A stretch of 59,632 bases of DNA, filler included. It is 8 parts of 8 records of this genome, joined end to end, with 100 filler letters (N's around TTAATTAATTAA, not from the genome) between each part and the next. Parts side by side here need not be neighbours in the genome. Positions count along the whole stretch, not along the records: positions 17,352 to 31,373 come from SRR31156797_38172; 7 more parts are not named here. One strand, written 5' to 3'. The notes under the pieces are model-generated. The model had not been told where the DNA came from, made no database searches, and saw only the letters and a program-made list of their open reading frames with translations. Made by a program: the position numbers and the translations under genes. Shown here piece after piece: positions 19,797-28,665 of the stretch. Numbering within the stretch: position 1 is the first letter of the stretch; each line of letters starts with the position of its first letter.

Positions 19797-19825
19797 TACA
19801 TCGCAAACGCCTCTCAAAAGGTTAC
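19797..19825 (-). promoter_or_regulatory. Putative ECF-sigma promoter for the lipoprotein-sigma operon
   Basis: GTAACC-N15-GCGATGTA, identical boxes and spacing to the divergent copy at 19884-19912. Confidence 0.65.
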
Positions 19826-19883
19826 GGTTTTATTGCCGGGCCCGTTTATTTTGGGTTTCATCCCCATAAAGCAATTGGATCCT

Positions 19884-19912
19884 GTAACCGTTTACCATTC
19901 ACAGGCGATGTA
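19884..19912 (+). promoter_or_regulatory. Putative ECF-sigma promoter for the small-protein genes
   Basis: GTAACC-N15-GCGATGTA. Confidence 0.65.
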
Positions 19913-19960
19913 GTTATCAGATTGAAGCTAAGCTTTAGGGGTATTTGTCAGGAGGAAAAC

Positions 19961-20089
19961 ATGGAAATGGACCTAAAAGATCGTGATGAGGACCTGGCGT
20001 TGATCGATCTATTTCTGATGCCCATGGCGATCGGAACGGGCTTGCTGGGATTAGGTTCGGGGGCCCTCATCTTTTTTTGGGTCTGGTAA
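19961..20089 (+). CDS. 42-aa single-TM small protein (MEMDLKDRDEDLALIDLFLMPMAIGTGLLGLGSGALIFFWVW)
   Basis: GGAGG RBS at 5-nt spacing, downstream of the putative ECF promoter, hydrophobic C-terminus. Confidence 0.6.
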   Translation: MEMDLKDRDEDLALIDLFLMPMAIGTGLLGLGSGALIFFWVW

Positions 20090-20120
20090 AGGGTTTTCCA
20101 GTGGATAAGGAGAAAATGAA

Positions 20121-20297
20121 ATGCTGAAAAGCAAAATTTTGTATGCAATTCAACTTTGGGATCATTACGGCCTATACAAGCAGTGTATGGTGCTGATTGT
20201 GGGCATCATTGCATTGATCGGTTTAGCGTGTTCATCGGCCACCTTTGATTCAAAAATGGCGCCATGGGGCACTCCGGGCAAAACCACAAGCCTTTGA
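20121..20297 (+). CDS. Small putative lipoprotein (58 aa, possibly frameshifted)
   Basis: AAGGAG RBS; hydrophobic stretch ending in the lipobox-like GLAC. Confidence 0.4.
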   Translation: MLKSKILYAIQLWDHYGLYKQCMVLIVGIIALIGLACSSATFDSKMAPWGTPGKTTSL

Positions 20298-20493
20298 TGG
20301 GCTTTGTCATAGACCTCGCCGACGAAGCGGTCCAGGTCGCCGCTGAGGATCAAAAGCGGCGTTGCCCACTGCCTGGGCCCCGGTTTCCCTCATAGTCATT
20401 TTCGGCCGTGTTTTTATCGGCGATCAACATATTGTTATGATCGGCGTAAACCCGGGAGGGATCCCTGCGATTACGCTCAACGGGCCGGATCCC

Positions 20494-21939
20494 CTAAGAA
20501 ACGGCGTTTGCCAAATCCAGGGCCATCTTTTTTTTGCCTTCCAAATCGGCGATCCGGTACAGGGCGACATACTGACTCTGGTTGGGACCGGATCCCTGGT
20601 AGGTACCGAGACCGTGAAGCCCCGCCACCCAGTTCTGGAGGAATCGTGCAATGCGCATCCTCTCATGGGCGGGAGCGGCCGCCTTGAGATATTTGGTAAT
20701 ATAGTCCATGGTTTCAGGATTTTCCAGTTCCTTTTCACTCGGCATGGTCGCGGGGATGCCGCCGGCAATATCCCCCGCAAGGGCCATGACTTCCCAGAAG
20801 CCGTCATTGGTGTTCAGTTTGGCGATGTTGCCCATGGTTTCATCGGGCATGAACACACCGGAACCCTCCGGCTCTTCCCTGCCGAAGTAGGCAGCGGCGG
20901 TGGCGCAGGCCAGCGATGTGTCGTTGAGCTGCAGCATGCGGGTTATTTTCTGCGCCACATGGGAGGCTCCCGACAAACCGTTGTATTCGGTCATCAACTG
21001 GGTGGCCCCAATGATCAAATCCATGAAACCCACCTTGCACGCACCGCCGCAATTCATGCGGTGGGTTTTGGCAAAACGGGTGATGAATTTCTGGGTGTAC
21101 TCGGTTTCACCGCACATGAACACCCGTTCCCAGGGAACGAACACATGATCAAAAACAATCAGGCAGGTCTCCCGCTGGCCGTAAAGGGGGTTTCCCAAAA
21201 TTTTGGGATTCCCTTCATATTCCCGTTCCACGCTGAAAGGATTATACTGCCCGATATAGGTGATTCCGGGACTCCCGTTGGGAATGACAAATGCCAGGGC
21301 ATAGTCTTCCTCTCCGGGTTTTGAAGAAATGCCGGGCAACACCAGGGTTTCATCGGCGGCATAGGCCCCCGTGGCATGCTGTTTGGCGCCGTTGACCACA
21401 ATGCCGTCGGCCTTTTTTTCCACCACATGTACATAAAAATCCGGGTCCTGTTCAAGGGGCCTTTTGCTGCGATCCCCTTTCGGGTCCGTCACAGATCCGC
21501 TCACCACCAGGTCGTTTTCCTGGGCATGGCGCATATAGGCGTTGAACCGCCGGTGATACTCGGTGCCCTTGTCCCGGTCCATTTCCCAGGTGGTGGCCGC
21601 CAGGGAGGGGAGCATCTCATTTCCGGGGCAGCGATAGTTGCAGGTTCCCAGCTTTTGACTGCTCAATCGCGCCATCTCCAGACGCTTAAAAAGGTCTTCC
21701 TTGCTTTGATGAATGTGCAGGGCCCGGCTGATGGGTTCGCCGGTCAAATGGGATACGGCAGTCATGATCTCGGCATATTGAGGATCCATGGTCAATCGGT
21801 AGACCCGAGCGGTTGCATCAATGACCCCCCTGCTGACCGGATGATCGTTCAGGTTTAAAACCCGTTTGCCGCCGAAGAAGAGTTTCGGCCTGAGTTTGTC
21901 CATCCGCTCTCGATATTCCTGTTCCGTCTTGATCGCCAT
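20494..21939 (-). CDS. 4-hydroxybutyryl-CoA dehydratase (AbfD)/HpaB-family flavo-iron-sulfur protein
   Basis: GTCNYRCPG (CxxxC), SVTDPKGDRSKRP, GAKQH, FDHVFVPWERVF, THRMNCGGACK matching AbfD His/Cys cluster ligands. Confidence 0.85.
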   Translation of the reverse strand: MAIKTEQEYRERMDKLRPKLFFGGKRVLNLNDHPVSRGVIDATARVYRLTMDPQYAEIMTAVSHLTGEPISRALHIHQSKEDLFKRLEMARLSSQKLGTCNYRCPGNEMLPSLAATTWEMDRDKGTEYHRRFNAYMRHAQENDLVVSGSVTDPKGDRSKRPLEQDPDFYVHVVEKKADGIVVNGAKQHATGAYAADETLVLPGISSKPGEEDYALAFVIPNGSPGITYIGQYNPFSVEREYEGNPKILGNPLYGQRETCLIVFDHVFVPWERVFMCGETEYTQKFITRFAKTHRMNCGGACKVGFMDLIIGATQLMTEYNGLSGASHVAQKITRMLQLNDTSLACATAAAYFGREEPEGSGVFMPDETMGNIAKLNTNDGFWEVMALAGDIAGGIPATMPSEKELENPETMDYITKYLKAAAPAHERMRIARFLQNWVAGLHGLGTYQGSGPNQSQYVALYRIADLEGKKKMALDLANAVS

Positions 21940-22037
21940 GTTTAATCCTCCCCATTTTAATTATCGTTGATTTGATTGAAAATTAGACTATAATTCAAGG
22001 TTAGTAAAGCGATTAAAACTAACCGTATGGGTAAGCA

Positions 22038-22985
22038 ATGCTAACGCAAATCGATTTGAACCGCCTGCGCGTATTTTACCTGGTATTTCTACAAAAAAGC
22101 ACCGTTGGCGCCGCAAAAGCGCTGGCCATCTCCCGATCCGCCGTGAGCCAGCAATTGCAAAAACTGGAGCATGAAATCAATGCGCCGCTTTTCACCCGTT
22201 TGCCGAAACGCCTGGTGCCCACGGCCGAAGGAAAAAGGCTTTTTGACTTCCTTGAACCTTTCTTTCAAAATTTGGATCAGGGGATTTTAAATATTCACCA
22301 GAGCGAAAAAAAACCTGCCGGACTCTTAAAAATCGGTGCACCCGTTGAATTCGGAAAGAAATATTTTCCAAGAATTATTGCTTCATACCAGGCCGAGCAC
22401 CCCCATGTGGTGTTCCACCTGAAGCTGGGCAATCCCTCCGTGCTCCTGCCCATGGTGAGCAAGGGGACCCTTGACTTCGGTTTTGTGGATATGTTTTCCA
22501 CCAAAGCCGGGACCTATGAGCGCCTGAACCTTCAAAGCGTCGCCACCGTCTTTCAAGAGGTGATGGTTCTTGTCTGTTCGAAAACATATTATGACAAGCA
22601 TATCAAGGGGGATCATTCCTTCCTGAACCTTCAACAAAAGGATTTTATCGCCTATCAAGAAGAAGCCTTTGCTCTCCAAAGCTGGTTTCGACATCATTTT
22701 GAACAAACAACCGTTAACCTTCGCTTGAAATTGATTGTGGACAGCGTTCAGGCGGTAATCCAAGGGATTATGCAGCACATGGGTTTGGCGGTGGTGGCGT
22801 CGCACCTCGTGAGTAATGAAATCGCACAAGGGAAAATCATTCCCATTGCAACGGAAAAAAAAGATGAGGGGAATGTGATTTCCTTACTTCAACTGAAGGG
22901 AAAAATGCCCAACCTGAGAGAGAAGACATTTCAAAAACACTTTATAAAATCCATCGGAAGGATCGGCAGGGAGGGACATTCTTAA
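22038..22985 (+). CDS. LysR-type transcriptional regulator
   Basis: DLNRLRVF...SRSAVSQQLQKLE...LFTR HTH; divergent from the dehydratase gene. Confidence 0.93.
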   Translation: MLTQIDLNRLRVFYLVFLQKSTVGAAKALAISRSAVSQQLQKLEHEINAPLFTRLPKRLVPTAEGKRLFDFLEPFFQNLDQGILNIHQSEKKPAGLLKIGAPVEFGKKYFPRIIASYQAEHPHVVFHLKLGNPSVLLPMVSKGTLDFGFVDMFSTKAGTYERLNLQSVATVFQEVMVLVCSKTYYDKHIKGDHSFLNLQQKDFIAYQEEAFALQSWFRHHFEQTTVNLRLKLIVDSVQAVIQGIMQHMGLAVVASHLVSNEIAQGKIIPIATEKKDEGNVISLLQLKGKMPNLREKTFQKHFIKSIGRIGREGHS

Positions 22986-23256
22986 TTCATTGACTTGGCC
23001 GCTTAATGCATGTTTGCCAAAGTCGGTACCCATGCCAGGACAAGCCCGGCATATGTATTTTTTATCTGGTAGCTTTTCAATTTTAGGTTTACAAGTCATT
23101 TAAAATGAATTTAAATTGGCCAAAATGGCATACGACAGTAACGCCGGAAGCCGTTTCCTGCAACCGGATAATTGACAGATCCTCTATTTTACGGTTGCCG
23201 GAATTCTCGGTGTGGTTACGAAGGTCGAGAGGTGAGCACGAAATGAGGGGAATCCC

Positions 23257-25152
23257 ATGAACACAAATGCGAATCGGTTTTTCCGATTCCGCCTTATGCG
23301 CCACGTATGGGCGATGGTGTTCGCCTGCCTGGCTGTTGTGTTGTCACTGGCGCCCTTCGCCTTCGGCCAGACGTTTTACGAGATGACGGTGCACAACAAC
23401 TTTGGTGCGGGAGAGTTCTACAACGCCACACCGACGGACGACCAGATTTGGTTTTTGAGTAATTTGAAGTTCGATTACCAGGAATCAGGAGGCCGTTGGA
23501 GATCCGGAAATAATACGGCCGGATCATGGGGGGTCGTCAAACTGAGCAACATCGACCAGGGCAAGGTACGCATCTACCGCACGAACGGGGGCACCCGTAT
23601 ATACGCCATTCTGAGCGACACCCGGCCAACGGCCGCACAGCCGGACCCCTCCACGCCTCAGCCCAATAACTATTTCGAGTGGAGTTTCGACAACGCCGGG
23701 AATCCCGGCACCCTCGATCTCAGCTGGATCGACCGCTTCGACTTCCTCACCCGCCTCGAGGTGTCCAACCTCCCGTCTTCCGCCCCCACAATGGTCTACG
23801 GGTCGAAGCAGGGCCAATCCACCGCCGCCGTCGGCGCAGCCATGGCAGGCTACACCCCTCAACCGGACTTCGCCTGGCTGGGCACCGGTGCCGGCGGCTT
23901 TTCGCAGACGCTCTCGTTTCCAGGTGCCACCAATCCCATCGGCTGGGTAACGCGGAATCAATACACGGGCTCCGGGTTCGCCTCCCACATGGTCAGTTTT
24001 ACCAATGCGCTGGACCGGGCCATCGCCACGGCAGCGGTGTCGCCGGCATGGCCGGGGTTGACCTCCGGCACGGGACCGAACTGGACCACGGCAGGTTTCC
24101 GTGTGGGCCTGCCCCAGACCATGAAGGATCCCGCCACCGGAACGGCCACGGGCAGTGCCTGGACGGCCTACGTCGGATTCACGAAGGATGGCTCCGGCGC
24201 GTATACCATGCGGCTGACGGACTTCACTCTCTACAACAACAACGCGGCTGGAAGCGGCACTGTATCCTGGTCGGCGGTGAATGACGCCGGCGGGGCCGTC
24301 TACGAAGTGACCCAGGCCCAGGGAGCCCTCGATTGCATCTGGACTTCATCATGGAATAATCTCGCCGCGACGCCGTTGTGGGTCACCAACCTCGGTGGTA
24401 ACGGGCCGAATGTCATGTATGCCATCTACAACGCCCTTGCTTCGGGCATCATCCACCTAGATTCCTTCGTCAACAACACGCCGCTTCCCACCACGGGCGT
24501 CTGGACGGGATATGTGCCACGCATCGTCGGTGTTGACACCTACAACTTCGAAATTTTCACTTCGGGGGCACCGGTAACAAACGATGGCCGGAACCAGGGG
24601 CTCGGGGGGCTTCTTAATGGCCAAGACATGATCAACCTGCTCGACGGCCGGCAACAGGCGAACGCACTGGTGAATCCATACATGCCGGAATTGCTGCGCA
24701 CGCAGGAGGTTACGCCGGCCTATCTGTATCCATCCCAGGACGTCTGGGCGTTCCATGGCATCGCCGGCGCCTCGCCGGTGCTCGGTTTGCAGACCGGCCC
24801 GCTGAACGGCCAGGCGGTTTTCGGCGACGCCGCGACCTTCCATTGGTATCTCGGTGGGGGCGGGGGCCTGCAACACCATCTGTACGTAACCACCGATGGA
24901 AATTGCGGTGACAAATCCCCTTGCTACAGCTCAATCCAAGCGGCAATTGACGGAGCCGGTACCGGATCAACCATTTTGATAGCGGCTGGGACGTACACAA
25001 AAGCCATTACCCTGAACCAATCCAAGACGCTGACCTTTCAGGGGGGCTGGGATTCATCCTTTACAACACAAACATCAAACACGACCCTCATCAAGGCACC
25101 GAAAGTATCACAAGGGTCGCTTACCCTTCAAATGTTAACGGTAAAACCTTGA
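23257..25152 (+). CDS. Secreted protein: possible GH64/thaumatin-like N-terminal region plus a ~95-aa C-terminal beta domain
   Basis: Signal peptide (AFG|Q); GTRIYAIL and YFEWSF..GTLDLSWIDRFDF resemble GH64 motifs; GGGGG linker then LYVTTDGNCGDKSPCYSSIQAAID. Confidence 0.55.
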   Translation: MNTNANRFFRFRLMRHVWAMVFACLAVVLSLAPFAFGQTFYEMTVHNNFGAGEFYNATPTDDQIWFLSNLKFDYQESGGRWRSGNNTAGSWGVVKLSNIDQGKVRIYRTNGGTRIYAILSDTRPTAAQPDPSTPQPNNYFEWSFDNAGNPGTLDLSWIDRFDFLTRLEVSNLPSSAPTMVYGSKQGQSTAAVGAAMAGYTPQPDFAWLGTGAGGFSQTLSFPGATNPIGWVTRNQYTGSGFASHMVSFTNALDRAIATAAVSPAWPGLTSGTGPNWTTAGFRVGLPQTMKDPATGTATGSAWTAYVGFTKDGSGAYTMRLTDFTLYNNNAAGSGTVSWSAVNDAGGAVYEVTQAQGALDCIWTSSWNNLAATPLWVTNLGGNGPNVMYAIYNALASGIIHLDSFVNNTPLPTTGVWTGYVPRIVGVDTYNFEIFTSGAPVTNDGRNQGLGGLLNGQDMINLLDGRQQANALVNPYMPELLRTQEVTPAYLYPSQDVWAFHGIAGASPVLGLQTGPLNGQAVFGDAATFHWYLGGGGGLQHHLYVTTDGNCGDKSPCYSSIQAAIDGAGTGSTILIAAGTYTKAITLNQSKTLTFQGGWDSSFTTQTSNTTLIKAPKVSQGSLTLQMLTVKP

Positions 25153-25226
25153 TGCGGTCAGATCTCATACGGCAAAGCATGGGGACCACCTCACTTCTTT
25201 GTTCTAATAAAATAACGCCCATAATC

Positions 25227-25617
25227 TTAACCTTCCGGTCCTTTGTCCAGCACCTTTCGAACGGTTGCGGCCAGATCCCTAATCACAAAGGGCTTTATTC
25301 CCAACTTCATGGCCTGTTCTTTCGAGATCGGCAACGGCCGGCTCATCATCAACAAAAGTGTGCACCAGTTCTCGCATGGCATTTTTCCGATGAATTCTGC
25401 TGATCTCTTTCAGGTCTCGTTCCAGTACATCCAGATAGTCCTGAAGAATTCGTATACGGTATTCGTCCGAAACGTTCTGGACCTCGGGAAATCCCCCCTC
25501 CTGAAGATAGGTCCGCAAACGATTTTCAAGAATGGAACGTTTTTTCGATCCGGGTCTTTTCCGGGATCCGACATCAACACCTGCGTGATCAAGAGACTCT
25601 GTAAAACTGAATGCAAG
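25227..25617 (-). pseudogene. Mosaic remnant: pieces of two AAA-DUF4143 ATPases fused to deleted receiver-domain fragments
   Basis: FSFTESL...YLQEGGFPEVQ...ILQDYLDV, then a 71-nt patch matching the ATPase at 29242-29312, then FVDDEPAVADL and (other frame) EQAMKLGIKPFVIRDLAATVRKVLD*. Confidence 0.75.
25357..25427 (-). repeat. 71-nt direct repeat of 29242-29312 (66/71 identical)
   Basis: Direct alignment of both segments. Confidence 0.9.
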
Positions 25618-25662
25618 GCAAATGTGTCTTTCCAAAAAAGACAACATGTCTAATTGTTGGTC

Positions 25663-28590
25663 TTATAGAAGGGATATGCTCTTTATCAACTCATTGGCGA
25701 TATTGGAGCTTTCAATGCGCATGACGCTTTCTTGAGCGGTGCCGTAACTCAAGAAATTGATGCTGCCATACCAAACGATTTTTTGATCCGTGATTGCGAA
25801 TTTCTGATGGATATTGGATTTAAGAATAATACTGATACCGTTGTTTTTCAGTTCCTCCAAAACCTGCTGCAAAGCCATTCGATCTTTGGCTTTAAAATCC
25901 TCAGCCGGCCTGGTTACCACAATTGTTCGGATGCCTTTATGGAGGGCATTTCTCAGCTGTTTCAACATTTGCATGGAGCGCCTTTTTCTCACAAAGGGGC
26001 TTACAATTATAATTTCCTTCTTGGCTCCCGCGAGATCATTACTGAAAACAGGAAAAAAACTATTCTTATCAAAAATGATATCCAATGATGCTGACGGGAT
26101 ATCCTCGCCTTTTGCCTTGTATCCCATGGAGGCATACCCGGTGAGTCTTTTCTGATACATCCTTTCCAGCATCTTGATATGGATATCCACATAATCGTAG
26201 ATCTGAACTTCCTTTTTATCCGTAAACAGTCGATGAAGCCTTCCGGCATATTGCTGCAGCGTGCCTTTCCATGATATGGGCATGGCCAAAAACAGCGTAT
26301 CAAGACGAGGTTCGTCAAAACCCTCTCCGATAAAAGCCCCTGTGGCTACCAATATTAGATTCTTGTCTGCTGGTGTGTTCGTGATCTGTTTAAAGACCTC
26401 CCGTGTTGTCTTTGAGCCCATTCCACCCATCAACACAACAACATCCTGAACTTCTTTACTTATTTTCTTTGCAAGCAATTCAACGTGAGCGGTTCGCAAT
26501 GTCAGAACAATGCAGTTTCTACCACGTTTATGGCTCTCTAGAACGTCTTCGACAATTTGTTGATTCCGGGCGCCGTTATCCACAACTTCGGAATACAACT
26601 CCTGGATGGAAACATCCATTTCGTCACTATTTAAAGGAATTCTCAAGGATGTAAACCGTGGAATAATGTAGTGCTCAAAAGGTCTTTTCTCAGCCTGTTT
26701 TTTGGCATCATCTCGATATCGTATTGGGCCGCAATGCATAAATAGTATGGGATGATGTCCATCCTTTCGTGTCGGTGTTGCTGTCAGGCCATAAATATAT
26801 CTTGCGTTTGTGGCTTTCAGAATACTTTCATAGCTGAAGGCTGACGCGTGATGACACTCATCGGCGATGACCATCCCGTAGTCTTTAACACAATCCTTTA
26901 CCTCTCCCTTCCTGTTGAGAGATTGCATGACGGCAATATCAACAATACCACTCAGGGCCTTTTTCCCTCCGCCCAGCTGGCCAATTAGGCTTGCTTTTTT
27001 CTTCCGCCCTCTTTTCTTGCCTGCTGTAATAGGCATTTCCGGCAATGTTTCGTTGATAATCAGAAAATCAGATAGACTTTTTCGCCATTGTTGGAGCAAA
27101 TTGATTTTATCCACTAAAACAAGCGTGTTGACCTTTTTTTCGGCGATCAGTTTGATGGCTACGACGGTTTTTCCAAAAGCGGTTGTCCCGGAGAGTATTC
27201 CGGTATCATGCTCCAACAGCTTTTCCAGTGCCAGGGGTTGTTCGTCTCTTAAATGGCCATTGAACGCTACATCTATTTTTTTCCCACAATGGGTCTTATC
27301 CTTAAAATGAACATCCACACCGTATTGTTCCAATTCAGAAAAAAGGTCTGTTTCGCACCCTCTTGGCAAACATAGATAATTCGTTGTTTCATCCGCGCAC
27401 GAGATGATCGGTGGATGCCCGTACGTTGATAACCGCATGGCCTGGTGTTTGTAAAACATTGGGTTCTTGAAAGACGCCAATCTCTTCAGGCGGTTCAATG
27501 CCCTTTGGGAGATATTTCTTTTTGGAATAAACAACATGTTTGCTTTCACGACGTCAATTTGTTTCGGAAAATCGCTCTTTTTCAGGCGGACTGGGTGGTG
27601 TGTCTCCCATGGCTTTTGAGTGTTCTCTTCGTCGATTTTCAAGATCCCCAGTTCATGGTCATGACAAAGTGCCTTTGTGAGATTTTCGATTCGATCTTCG
27701 GGAATCTTTTGAACCGACGATAAAAACGCCCATTGGTCACGGTAGGATTCAAACCCTTCATTGATAAATTCGCTGTTGTTGTTCTTCCTTGCGGATTTTT
27801 GGAATGGCAGAGCAATCAGATTTCCAAAACCTCCCTTGGGCATCGTGTCCTGACTGGGAAACAATCTGTCATAAGATTTGAAAGGTATTTCATGTCTTCG
27901 GTTCATGGAAAAGGTCAAAATGGCGGCGCCGAACTTTCTGGCAGCCACGGCAGACAATCGGTTTTCAAAGAAAAACCAGAGGTGCCCGCCATTACCGGAT
28001 TGTGATCGCTCCGCTGCCACAGGGATATCAAACTCGGTGCAAACCTCTCTCACTGTAGTGACATCGTCTTGCCAGCCTGCTTCATCAAAATCCATTGCCA
28101 GGAAATGGCAGGTCTCATCCGGAAGCATGGGATAGATGCCGGCAACCATATTCCCTCTCAGATGGTTTTCAATAACATGTTCATCCAACGCGGCATAGTG
28201 CTGATTGGCGCATTTGGAGCAGGGCGTTTTTGGCTTGCCGCACAATCCAACCTGCCATTGATTCAGACAAACAGGCGAATACCCCGATGCGGCCTTCTTT
28301 TTGTTTTCCCATTTCTTCGCATATACATCATCACGACCTTTGAAAAGTGACATGAATAGTTTGATTTTTGAAATTGAATCCGACGAGTTGTTGACATCTG
28401 AAAACGAGGTGCTTTCAGTCGGTTCATCTTCGAGTATTTCTTTTTCGGTGGCAGATTTAGGCATGGCGTTTTCAGATGGCTTGGGTTTCATCTTCCCAAG
28501 CAGCGCTTTCAGCCTGCTGTTTTCTTTTATCAAGCGGGTGTTCTCACTTAATAAAAGATTGTATTTTTCAAGCAACTCTTTGTAGTCCAT
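25663..28590 (-). CDS. Fusion of archaeo-eukaryotic primase (TOTE-type AEP), SF2 DExH helicase and PLD-family nuclease
   Basis: AEP motifs LAMDFDE, ERSQSGNGGHLW, DRLFP; helicase motifs GTTAFGKT, DECHH, TAT, GEGFDEP, QQYAGRLHR; PLD motif HQKFAITD...GSINF. Confidence 0.85.
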   Translation of the reverse strand: MDYKELLEKYNLLLSENTRLIKENSRLKALLGKMKPKPSENAMPKSATEKEILEDEPTESTSFSDVNNSSDSISKIKLFMSLFKGRDDVYAKKWENKKKAASGYSPVCLNQWQVGLCGKPKTPCSKCANQHYAALDEHVIENHLRGNMVAGIYPMLPDETCHFLAMDFDEAGWQDDVTTVREVCTEFDIPVAAERSQSGNGGHLWFFFENRLSAVAARKFGAAILTFSMNRRHEIPFKSYDRLFPSQDTMPKGGFGNLIALPFQKSARKNNNSEFINEGFESYRDQWAFLSSVQKIPEDRIENLTKALCHDHELGILKIDEENTQKPWETHHPVRLKKSDFPKQIDVVKANMLFIPKRNISQRALNRLKRLASFKNPMFYKHQAMRLSTYGHPPIISCADETTNYLCLPRGCETDLFSELEQYGVDVHFKDKTHCGKKIDVAFNGHLRDEQPLALEKLLEHDTGILSGTTAFGKTVVAIKLIAEKKVNTLVLVDKINLLQQWRKSLSDFLIINETLPEMPITAGKKRGRKKKASLIGQLGGGKKALSGIVDIAVMQSLNRKGEVKDCVKDYGMVIADECHHASAFSYESILKATNARYIYGLTATPTRKDGHHPILFMHCGPIRYRDDAKKQAEKRPFEHYIIPRFTSLRIPLNSDEMDVSIQELYSEVVDNGARNQQIVEDVLESHKRGRNCIVLTLRTAHVELLAKKISKEVQDVVVLMGGMGSKTTREVFKQITNTPADKNLILVATGAFIGEGFDEPRLDTLFLAMPISWKGTLQQYAGRLHRLFTDKKEVQIYDYVDIHIKMLERMYQKRLTGYASMGYKAKGEDIPSASLDIIFDKNSFFPVFSNDLAGAKKEIIIVSPFVRKRRSMQMLKQLRNALHKGIRTIVVTRPAEDFKAKDRMALQQVLEELKNNGISIILKSNIHQKFAITDQKIVWYGSINFLSYGTAQESVMRIESSNIANELIKSISLL

Positions 28591-28665
28591 ACTTTACCAT
28601 AAAAATTGAGTGCCCTACTGATGGATCTATGTATGAAGCAGTGTCGCCTTTTCTCTGTTATGGTT

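Noticed and set aside
20362-21324. Long antisense or alternative-frame ORFs (e.g. 20362-21324, 10329-10928, 10543-11154, 23679-24284, 35112-35789)
   Set aside because: They overlap well-supported genes, lack motifs, and are expected shadows of codon bias.
23117-23206. c-di-GMP riboswitch upstream of the secreted protein
   Set aside because: A stem (TTCCTGCAACCG...CGGTTGCCGGAA) exists, but the GGCAAA/GACGCAAA core and GNRA-receptor pattern are missing.
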